This document shows positions 56,009-64,000 of a stretch of 64,000 nucleotides of DNA, in pieces. The translations under genes and the position numbers were made by a program. The stretch is from a virus. Below the pieces are notes generated by a model, which saw only the letters and a program-made list of their open reading frames with translations, was not told the origin of the DNA and did no database searches. The DNA is taken from IMG/VR virus record IMGVR_UViG_3300006735_000013, positions 64,001 to 128,000 of that record, one strand, 5' to 3'. Position 1 is the stretch's first letter. Every line of letters begins with the position of its first letter.

Positions 56009-59000
56009 TTAATAGCCACGGTCACCTCCATTGGGGCCCCTATTCGAGTTTCGATTCGGAGGGCGCGCCGGAACCAAGGACTCTACTTGCGATGGTGCAG
56101 AGGTACTTCTGTTAGGAAAATTTCTATCTTTTGCTGTTTTTTCAATCGGCGTGTCAATTATAACCTTACCTTGAACAAAAGATATGTTTATGTCTATCTT
56201 CTTTCCTGTTGTTTTTGAAGTACACCTAATTTTATATTTTTTGTTCCATATAGAGTCCTTCCCTTCTTTGGTGCCTAAAGAGAGCATCTCTTCCAATGGG
56301 GCAGATCTCTGAAAGTCTTTTTCTGATGTCTCATCTCTCAGACCAAGTTCTTTTCTAATCCTTTTTAGTTCAGAGATCTCCTCTGCTTCTTCTCTTTCTT
56401 TTATTTCTTCTAGTTTCTTTGAAAAATTTATAACGCGCTGGTCAAAACTTGGAGAAATCTTTAACATTTTCTCAAAAGACAATTTGTATTCCTTCTTTTT
56501 CTTTTTCATTTCATATTCTTCAACTTCCATAAATATTCCATTCTGATAGCTGACCATTCGAACTTTAAAAACCGATGTTGGATTCGAAAGACCACCATCA
56601 TCGTATGTCCTGAAACAATAATAATAATACTTGTTAGGCAAAATATCCAAATTTACATGAGCAGTTTTGCCTGTTGCTGGAACCTGCAAAACAATTGCGT
56701 CAGCGTCTGAAAAGTCAGAATATGCTTCCGGTTCAAAATCTATTCTTATTATTTCAAAGCCATTTGGCAATGAATCTGATTTGTATAAAATGTTGCCACC
56801 TGGTGGAATGGTCTGGCGTCGATACATGTCCCTTACGTAGGTCTCATCTTCCGGGAAGATTTTTACTGGTGGCACAAACATCTCTCCATAATTTGATTGC
56901 AAAAGCAGCGCGTGTACGTTGTCCATTCCTTGGTACGGCAAAAAATCAACTTGAGGAAAAATAGGGGGTTTATCAGCTAAAGACACAGTTTTTTCAAAAT
57001 ATGGTGCATAGATGATTGATGGTACCATCCCGGTGACTGCGCCGACGGTAAAGGCGCCGGGGTTTGGGGCCGGCCCTTGAGCGTTTAGCTCGTTTGTGGC
57101 GCGGTTTTTCCAAGAATACCTTGTCACATTTGGTTCGGATGTGTACTGATACACGGAACCTAATACTAGGTTTATTGTAAAAATCTTATACTTATACTTT
57201 CGATCGGGTATAACTTGTGAATCAATAAAATTAATATCTTGGATCTCGTCACTGTCCATCAGGAAAAATTGCTGAATCTTTCTGTCTATCTCTTGCCCTT
57301 GTTCATTTACGTCTACTCGGTACTTCTCAATTTTATATCCTAAGACTTCAGCATAAGCTTTAGATCCATGTATGATATCAGTATAGTGCCTATACAGCTG
57401 ATTTGTAGATATGTGTTGTTCCATTTTTCTTAGAAATATCTGACTTGTTATTGTCTCTTCAAGCTTTAATAAATCTTCCCTATCCCACCCGCTATAATAT
57501 AGTGGGTACGTCTGGAGATTCCTGGGCCAGGAAAAATCTCTTTCTGCAATATTTGCGACATTTTCCAATATTTCATCAAAATATAGTACAACTGGTTCTG
57601 TTATATTGGTAACAGCCTTATCATTTATCGTAGCCTGTAAAGACTGCTCAGCGTCTGCAGAAATAAACTCATCGTCCAGAACCTTTGTAAATTTCCTATA
57701 TCCGAGTCTGGAGCGTATTACGGCCGGTGCTTGCAAGGGGGCTGCTGCCCTTACAGCTACGGGATTATCCACCTCCACCGCTACATTTTCCAGCATCTCT
57801 AACAATATCAGATCCATCTTATTCTGCTGAAGGATAGAATTGATTGGTTGCCCTTGTCGAGTTTTTATCGAAATCTCAACAAAATTAGTAAGACTTCCTC
57901 TGATAACTTCGTTTATCTCTTCTAATTTTTCAACTTTGTCGCTTGGGAATTTATGGATGTTTACACTTGTAAATTCATTCACATTAGAAAGTTCGTCAAA
58001 GTTTCTTATTGTCCTTTGCGCGAAATCCACTTGGCCGGCCGGGAGAACTTCTGAAATTGCTTCATTTTCGTCTATTATTTTTTCTAACTGCTTTGATTGA
58101 TAAAAATCGTAAACACTGGGTATTTCCATCTCATCTTCTATATCTTGAAAGATTTCTTGACTTTGAACCATTACTGATATATTCGCGACATCTGTAGGCT
58201 TAACTATCAGTCTATCTGCCTCTGTTTCTAAAAATGCTGCGGGGGAATCAAAAACAAAATCATAATATTCTGTATTATACGAAATGTTTGGGACAGAATA
58301 TTGTAACCTCTTGAGAGGGTTCTGCGAAAAAAAGTCAGGACCAATGTGAGCAAAGCCTGGTGAAGATGAACCTTCTAGAAACATGTCTTGAAACGCATTG
58401 TATGTATTGTCTTGGGGCCAATTTGCAGACCTTAGTTCAGTATCTATTACATTTTTTCTAAACTTAAAAGGAAGTATTTCAAGTGAAAAGTATTTTCCAG
58501 AATTATAGGGCAGCTTTCTATAAGAGAAATTATATGCCGGGTCTATTATTTGACTTTGAAACTGTATCGCCCTGTAGGGGTCCAAGGGGGCCATGAAATC
58601 TACGGCCGGCTGTACTTCGGGGATCCTAGGGTTCGTGATCACTGGACTATACATAGATTCTGACTCTCCGTCAAATATCCAAAAGTTACCCATAGAAATT
58701 CTAAAATTATCCATCTGTGACTGATTTAGTTGAATGGTATTTTTTTGTTGAGACCATATGTAATAGTTGCTCATCTTGAACATTTCTTCAAAAATTGCTA
58801 AGGGAAACCTCATAAAATAGTTATTTTCGTCTATTGTTGTCAGATCTCTTGTTGCTGCAATATAATCAATCATCGCGGGAGGAACAACTACTTCTTCTGC
58901 ATTTTCAGCATCTGGTACCTCTTCTTGTTCTTCTGCTTCGTTTGCTCCAAAATCAAAATTTTGACCCGGGGGCGCTAGTAGGGCATCGACTGCAAATGGA

Positions 59001-59158
59001 TTTCGAGGTATTGGTGGAACTTCTGTAACTGCAGTCCTGACTTCTTCCTCCGGCACACAAACACCTTGCTCATTTCTGACATACCCCTCTTGACAAGGAT
59101 TCCTTCTTTCTTCTTGATCTGGTCTGACTTGATCTCTACATGGATTTCGAAGTGTCAT
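56009..59158 (-). CDS. large probable virion protein (1049 aa), Fn3-like segments
   Basis: FIDSQVIPDRKYKYKI and ILPNKYYYYCFRTYD..GLSNP resemble Fn3 strands. Confidence 0.6.
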   Translation of the reverse strand: MTLRNPCRDQVRPDQEERRNPCQEGYVRNEQGVCVPEEEVRTAVTEVPPIPRNPFAVDALLAPPGQNFDFGANEAEEQEEVPDAENAEEVVVPPAMIDYIAATRDLTTIDENNYFMRFPLAIFEEMFKMSNYYIWSQQKNTIQLNQSQMDNFRISMGNFWIFDGESESMYSPVITNPRIPEVQPAVDFMAPLDPYRAIQFQSQIIDPAYNFSYRKLPYNSGKYFSLEILPFKFRKNVIDTELRSANWPQDNTYNAFQDMFLEGSSSPGFAHIGPDFFSQNPLKRLQYSVPNISYNTEYYDFVFDSPAAFLETEADRLIVKPTDVANISVMVQSQEIFQDIEDEMEIPSVYDFYQSKQLEKIIDENEAISEVLPAGQVDFAQRTIRNFDELSNVNEFTSVNIHKFPSDKVEKLEEINEVIRGSLTNFVEISIKTRQGQPINSILQQNKMDLILLEMLENVAVEVDNPVAVRAAAPLQAPAVIRSRLGYRKFTKVLDDEFISADAEQSLQATINDKAVTNITEPVVLYFDEILENVANIAERDFSWPRNLQTYPLYYSGWDREDLLKLEETITSQIFLRKMEQHISTNQLYRHYTDIIHGSKAYAEVLGYKIEKYRVDVNEQGQEIDRKIQQFFLMDSDEIQDINFIDSQVIPDRKYKYKIFTINLVLGSVYQYTSEPNVTRYSWKNRATNELNAQGPAPNPGAFTVGAVTGMVPSIIYAPYFEKTVSLADKPPIFPQVDFLPYQGMDNVHALLLQSNYGEMFVPPVKIFPEDETYVRDMYRRQTIPPGGNILYKSDSLPNGFEIIRIDFEPEAYSDFSDADAIVLQVPATGKTAHVNLDILPNKYYYYCFRTYDDGGLSNPTSVFKVRMVSYQNGIFMEVEEYEMKKKKKEYKLSFEKMLKISPSFDQRVINFSKKLEEIKEREEAEEISELKRIRKELGLRDETSEKDFQRSAPLEEMLSLGTKEGKDSIWNKKYKIRCTSKTTGKKIDINISFVQGKVIIDTPIEKTAKDRNFPNRSTSAPSQVESLVPARPPNRNSNRGPNGGDRGY

Positions 59159-59173
59159 GGTGCTTCCTCATTA

Positions 59174-62100
59174 TTAGTATTTGCCTCTACCTGCAGGCTT
59201 GCCTGCTTCTTGTTTGTTTATTCCCGGTGACGGGGTAGCTTTTTGAGACTCTGGTGTCTGAGTTTGCGAATTATCATTGAATTGCACATTGTTTACCAAA
59301 ACCGCGTCTGCATACTGTGAATTACTTTTCTTATGTATGACTATTCCATAAGATACTTCTTCATCCAGAATTTCAAAGGAAGTAAAAGGGTCTACCTTTT
59401 CTTTCAGAGAGTCTTCGTAGGATTCTGATGAATTAGATCTTTCTGTTTTTGAATCCGTATTTGACATAACTTTGCTTTTGTAAGTTTCCTTTGTCTCTTC
59501 TCTTGAATTATTTAGTAGGTCATAGTTTGACATTGATTCTTTTACCACGCTATATAATCCTCCTAATGCTTTTTTTGAAAAAAACAAATCTTTATAATTT
59601 TTTTCAACTTCCTCCTCAAACATGGTCGAATTATCTGATTGAAGAATTGATGCTAAAATTGATTCCTGCACCTCTTTACCTATGAATTTCTGGGCGCGCC
59701 CTTCCTTATCTGACTCTTTTTCTACCGGTTCTGTTGCTTCTGATACCAGAGATCTAAATGTGGTGTTTTTATAACTTGATAACAAGTTATCTATTTTCTT
59801 GTATTCGTTTGAAATGTGCTCCTCCCCCTCAACACTAAGTGCTCCGCCAAACTTAGATTTATTTATAGCGGCTGATACTTCTGCAAATGACTCATTATTC
59901 TTTTTAGAAGATAAACTATTATTTATGGTTGCTATTTGAGAAAAAGAAAAATTGATTCCAGACCTTGTAGATCTTGAAATAGAATCTGCTCTATTGATCG
60001 CAAAGAAATGGGCGCCGGCGGTGATATTGCTGGCTAGGTTTGATGTTGGTAAATCAACAGACATGAAGACGGAATTTTTACTCACAGCTTTCGCAATTAC
60101 GTTTGTTGAGCCATTAAGGTGAATAATACTCTTAGGTGTGCGCGAAGAGCTTGAAACTGGTTTTAGGTTGCTTCCCAAAGAAGTAACTTGTGAAATATCT
60201 ATTCCGGTTTTTTTCAAAATACTTTCAAACCTGCTTTCAAGTTTTTTGCATAAAGATAAGAAAAATTCCAAAAATTGCAAGGTTGCATTTTGAGCTAATA
60301 GAGATTCTTTTATTTGCTGCTTTTGTGCCTCCGTAAAGGCAGGATTTGCAGTCAACAAAAAATAAGAATCAAAATAGGAGTTCACCACACTGTCGCTCCT
60401 ACTTCTCAAAGCTGTGGACCTTCTTATAAACTCCGCAGTGAATCGGTCAGTTGAGTGATTGTAGTTCCCTAATGTCCTGGTTGTTTCTTGTGAGTTATCT
60501 AGAGTGCTACCGTTATAGTAAGAAGATTGCGCTACATCCAGATAGGGCCTACTGGCTTCTTGTACATAAGACTCATATTCTTTTATGGACACCCTTAGTC
60601 TTTGCAGCGCGCGACGCATATATATAAGAATGCCGTCGCCAATTTTTAGATCTACTTTGTATTCATAGTTTCCAAAAGAATGCCTTTCAAATAAGTCATA
60701 ATCTTTAAAGAAAAAAACTTTCCTAAGCGTACTTGGTGATGGCGAGCGCTCTGATATTTCACAAAAGTTATTTTCAGATCTTAATATTACTGAGCCATCT
60801 CTAGTAGAACCTTGGTTCGGGCGCGCGGGACTAGTAGATGTTATCATTTTTTTTATAATCTCATCTTCTCCTAGAGACTCATAATCCGGAGTAGACACAA
60901 CGTTGTTACCTTTTGGTAGATTAGACACCCTTTCTCTAAGAATATCTATATTGTATATCTTGCTAAGATTTACAAACTCCCTTAGCAACTGCTGGCTTTT
61001 TTGTATCGTTGGGCGCGCTGAAGGGTTTGGGTTGTCTATGTTATTTACTGAGTGCCTTTCCGCTATATGGCCATATTCAGAATTATACCTCAAGAGGTTA
61101 TTTAGATCTAGTGCAAACAAGTTTCCATGATATGGGCGGCCGCCTTGAATATTTATCCAAGATAAATCTTTTGGAGATAAATTTGTAAAAGAGTGGACAA
61201 TATTTAGTTTACCCTTTCTTAGAGAAGCAACAGAAAGATCTTTTAGTCTTTTGTTTTTTTCTCTATTTGAAATATTCGGTGAGGTTGATATTATTGTTCC
61301 GTATTGAGATCTCAGTGCCGACAGTATATTATCCCCTAACGACAACATTCCATAGTCTTCTGCTTCGAAGCTAGAGTCATTCCCGAATCCATTATAAGAA
61401 TTATTTTGTGTTAGCAATTCACCATTTGCGTTGAGTGCAACATCCGTTAGGACTTTTGCTACAACTTTATTATTTGGTATCTCCCTAACCGACAAAGTTT
61501 CCCTATTCGACATGTCTCCTGCTGCAGGGCCGGCCATGTACCCAACATAACCATTTGGGCCGCGGCGGCCGTCTACATCTGGATGATAATGCACTGGGCC
61601 ACTGTACATGCGGCCGTCCGGCAAGGAAAACACTTTTCTCGTGCGGGGTACAACCATTCCGAAATTAGATTGGGCTGATTTTATTAAGCACTTCTCTAAA
61701 ACTAATTCGCCGCCGATCTGAGATAGGCCTGAATCCTTTGGGTGAATTCCGAAATCCTCTTGTAAGGCCTTGACATCAATTTGTGCGAAAGCCATTATAT
61801 TTACCTCATCTGGGCGTTGAGGACTTCTGCCAGGGCCGGATGGTGGTGGAAAAATATCTTCAGATAATTTTATTGATATTTCAAAATAAACGTTATGACT
61901 ATCAGATAAGGAACCCGGGGCGTCAATCACAGACTCTCGGTGCATTTGAGACAGCGGATCTTGGTTTGTAAAGTGTCCTTGCAAAATTTGATTTAGATTC
62001 ACTTTCTCGTAACCATAGAGTCTGTAGATATTTTCGACCTCCTCTTGGCCGGAACGCGGTCCAAGGGCCCGTTCCCACTGCTGTATTGGGGCCCGGGCTC

Positions 62101-62344
62101 CGGAAGACAGGTCTCTAACTCGAGTTCGAGGATAGTAAAATCTTGACATCACAGCTTTGCCTAATTTAGGTGCTGCAATAAAATAAAAGTTTATATACTG
62201 GTATAGATCACTCGATCCAAACCACCCTGAATAATTTAGATTTGATGGCCTTTGCAGAGAGCATGACATCTTCATCTCTTCTAATGAAACCACAACCCTA
62301 TTTATAGAAAATATTGGAAGCAAATCTAGATCAGATACTCTCAT
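59174..62344 (-). CDS. large hypothetical, probable virion protein (1056 aa)
   Basis: Long ORF in the structural operon. Confidence 0.6.
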   Translation of the reverse strand: MRVSDLDLLPIFSINRVVVSLEEMKMSCSLQRPSNLNYSGWFGSSDLYQYINFYFIAAPKLGKAVMSRFYYPRTRVRDLSSGARAPIQQWERALGPRSGQEEVENIYRLYGYEKVNLNQILQGHFTNQDPLSQMHRESVIDAPGSLSDSHNVYFEISIKLSEDIFPPPSGPGRSPQRPDEVNIMAFAQIDVKALQEDFGIHPKDSGLSQIGGELVLEKCLIKSAQSNFGMVVPRTRKVFSLPDGRMYSGPVHYHPDVDGRRGPNGYVGYMAGPAAGDMSNRETLSVREIPNNKVVAKVLTDVALNANGELLTQNNSYNGFGNDSSFEAEDYGMLSLGDNILSALRSQYGTIISTSPNISNREKNKRLKDLSVASLRKGKLNIVHSFTNLSPKDLSWINIQGGRPYHGNLFALDLNNLLRYNSEYGHIAERHSVNNIDNPNPSARPTIQKSQQLLREFVNLSKIYNIDILRERVSNLPKGNNVVSTPDYESLGEDEIIKKMITSTSPARPNQGSTRDGSVILRSENNFCEISERSPSPSTLRKVFFFKDYDLFERHSFGNYEYKVDLKIGDGILIYMRRALQRLRVSIKEYESYVQEASRPYLDVAQSSYYNGSTLDNSQETTRTLGNYNHSTDRFTAEFIRRSTALRSRSDSVVNSYFDSYFLLTANPAFTEAQKQQIKESLLAQNATLQFLEFFLSLCKKLESRFESILKKTGIDISQVTSLGSNLKPVSSSSRTPKSIIHLNGSTNVIAKAVSKNSVFMSVDLPTSNLASNITAGAHFFAINRADSISRSTRSGINFSFSQIATINNSLSSKKNNESFAEVSAAINKSKFGGALSVEGEEHISNEYKKIDNLLSSYKNTTFRSLVSEATEPVEKESDKEGRAQKFIGKEVQESILASILQSDNSTMFEEEVEKNYKDLFFSKKALGGLYSVVKESMSNYDLLNNSREETKETYKSKVMSNTDSKTERSNSSESYEDSLKEKVDPFTSFEILDEEVSYGIVIHKKSNSQYADAVLVNNVQFNDNSQTQTPESQKATPSPGINKQEAGKPAGRGKY

Positions 62345-63166
62345 TTATTGCTTTCTCCGAAACCTTGAGTCCCTAATATCAGAGACTGGCTTTTCTTCTA
62401 CTTGTTCATCTACTTTTATCTCAAAAAACTTTTCTACCTCTTCTTCATCCAGCATTCTTACGAGTTTATCATCTTCATCTATTTCAAAAATTTCTATTTC
62501 AAAATTTCTCAGATTATCTAAAACGCCTCTCTCCTCCAAGTCTATCACTATATCGTCTTTTTTTATTATTACTTTTGACTTATCCAAAAACTCAACTTCA
62601 TCGGCTACCAAGTCCATATAATATTGGTATTCTAGTATCTCTGGTGGTACTTCTTTTTGTTCTGATCGATCAATGAGCAGCCCATATGAAGATGTGAAAT
62701 TTAGTTGTGGAATATTCAACAAGACACCTTTCGCATTGAGGGTATCGCTAGAGCTACTAAGAGAGTTTTTAATAACATTTGCTGAAAAATTAGGATTTTC
62801 TTGTGAGTTTATTTTTGAGTTGTACAATGGGTATTTACAAATCTTGTCAGCTAACAAAGGATCCTGGTTTCTACTCATTTGCATAAACGTAGTGATTGAG
62901 CCTGTTTCTATCATATCTTGCTGAAAGTCGTATCTCGTTTCGACGCCAGCAACCAAATATTGAGTTCTTATTCTTGGGCACTCGTCGACTCTTTGCGTTG
63001 CTCTGTTTTGTGTTTCGGTGAATCCCGCTTTTTCAGAATTGTACAAAATTCCATCATCAAAGAACCTATAATATGCTGGCTTGAATCCACCTCTAGCTAA
63101 CAAGTTCTTACCAAACTGTGTAAGTTTTATGTCTATTACATCTTGTTTTTTATCAAAAAAAGCCAT
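62345..63166 (-). CDS. baseplate-associated protein
   Basis: MAFFDKKQDVIDIKLTQFGKNLLARGGFKPAYYRFFDDGILY, similar to the N-terminus of 54829-55938. Confidence 0.6.
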   Translation of the reverse strand: MAFFDKKQDVIDIKLTQFGKNLLARGGFKPAYYRFFDDGILYNSEKAGFTETQNRATQRVDECPRIRTQYLVAGVETRYDFQQDMIETGSITTFMQMSRNQDPLLADKICKYPLYNSKINSQENPNFSANVIKNSLSSSSDTLNAKGVLLNIPQLNFTSSYGLLIDRSEQKEVPPEILEYQYYMDLVADEVEFLDKSKVIIKKDDIVIDLEERGVLDNLRNFEIEIFEIDEDDKLVRMLDEEEVEKFFEIKVDEQVEEKPVSDIRDSRFRRKQ

Positions 63167-63183
63167 TCTATTTTTCTCTTCTT

Positions 63184-64000
63184 CTATTGCTTTTTGAAGT
63201 TAAAGCTGTCAATTTTAGTCTCAAGTTTAATTAGCTCGACAAAAGAAAAGTAGTCATACGGCCAGTTATATTGTACGCTCATGGTACCATCTTGTTGCAA
63301 GCCGGCGGTTCCAGCGGGTAAAGTATCGTCAGTAAAAGACTCCTTACTGTTCTTCACATACTCAAGTTTCTCTACATTAGAAACTCTTGGATCTATTGAC
63401 GCTTTTCTTATCTCTTCTAAGTTTGTCTTGCCTCTTTGTTTTACTTTAAAGACTAACCATCTAGTTTTATTTTTATCACCAAAAGGTGAAAAAAGATCCC
63501 GTGGACTGTCGACAGGGCTTAGATTTTGACCAGAGACGTCAATTGTCTCTAAGTAATGGCTTACATACGATACATCGCCATGAACCCGTAGACGGCCGGG
63601 AACTCGCTTATTTGTCTGGGAGTATCTTGGAGATGCGGTGCTATTAGCTGATACTGGGTACATGTTTTGCCAAATATTTGCAAGATCTTGCCTGTCAAAA
63701 GAGGCATGAAACTGAAAAAAGTACATCATAAAAGGCTCCAAATCATGGTGCACCTGAAATTCTCTCGAAGTGTTTACGAAATCAAATTCTGGCGGGAGAA
63801 TAAATTCCTCCATCATCAGTAACTGATACTCTATTGCATCTACTGGACAGTCACTTTGAGGTTCTTTTGTTTTTCTATCTATTGTTTTTGTAAACCTTTG
63901 ATAGTCTCTTATCGATTGTATCTCTTCTGAATCTGATAACGGCTTTGTCGCCATCTCTTGTTTCACTATTTGTATATTATTGACGGCCTGATCATAAAAC
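63184..64000 (-). CDS. C-terminal part of a large probable virion protein; start lies beyond the right edge
   Basis: Frame is open to the window edge; ends YNWPYDYFSFVELIKLE. Confidence 0.6.
   Translation of the reverse strand, partial: FYDQAVNNIQIVKQEMATKPLSDSEEIQSIRDYQRFTKTIDRKTKEPQSDCPVDAIEYQLLMMEEFILPPEFDFVNTSREFQVHHDLEPFMMYFFQFHASFDRQDLANIWQNMYPVSANSTASPRYSQTNKRVPGRLRVHGDVSYVSHYLETIDVSGQNLSPVDSPRDLFSPFGDKNKTRWLVFKVKQRGKTNLEEIRKASIDPRVSNVEKLEYVKNSKESFTDDTLPAGTAGLQQDGTMSVQYNWPYDYFSFVELIKLETKIDSFNFKKQ

Noticed and set aside
141-63529. Many plus-strand ORFs in the track (e.g. 3830-4549, 19957-20481, 37381-37920)
   Set aside because: They are antisense shadows of well-supported minus-strand genes, Ser-rich as expected from reversed Asp/Glu codons, and have no recognisable motifs

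Overview
The window is a contiguous 64-kb piece of a large lytic tailed-phage genome with T4-like, contractile-tail (myovirus) architecture. Every credible gene lies on the minus strand, and I see no host housekeeping block, integrase, tRNA or CRISPR array. In transcription order (right to left) it contains: large baseplate/fibre-attachment proteins; a J-domain protein, RuvC, primase and an SbcD-SbcC (gp47-gp46) fusion interrupted by one in-frame TGA; a holin/spanin-like cassette; terminase, portal, prohead protease, ribosomal protein bS21, scaffold and major capsid; neck, fibre, sheath, tube, tape-measure and baseplate genes; and a replication/nucleotide block (compact PolA-like, degenerate tubulin/FtsZ-like, SSB, RecA, 5'-3' exonuclease, DnaB, class II RNR, GroES-like, ThyX, DnaE). 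The most notable observations are: (1) a four-way-junction RNA with complementary (kissing) loops whose closing helix sequesters the Shine-Dalgarno of the gene after the capsid gene; (2) a Myxococcota-style Cys-repeat/vWA lipoprotein, which points to the host; (3) a recurrent CTATTTA late-promoter candidate together with RBS-occluding hairpins; (4) a probable +1 frameshift in the tail-chaperone gene and an internal restart in the fibre gene; (5) several degenerate enzyme folds; and (6) unexpectedly long pure-G/C runs. All family assignments come from motif recognition by eye, not from database searches.
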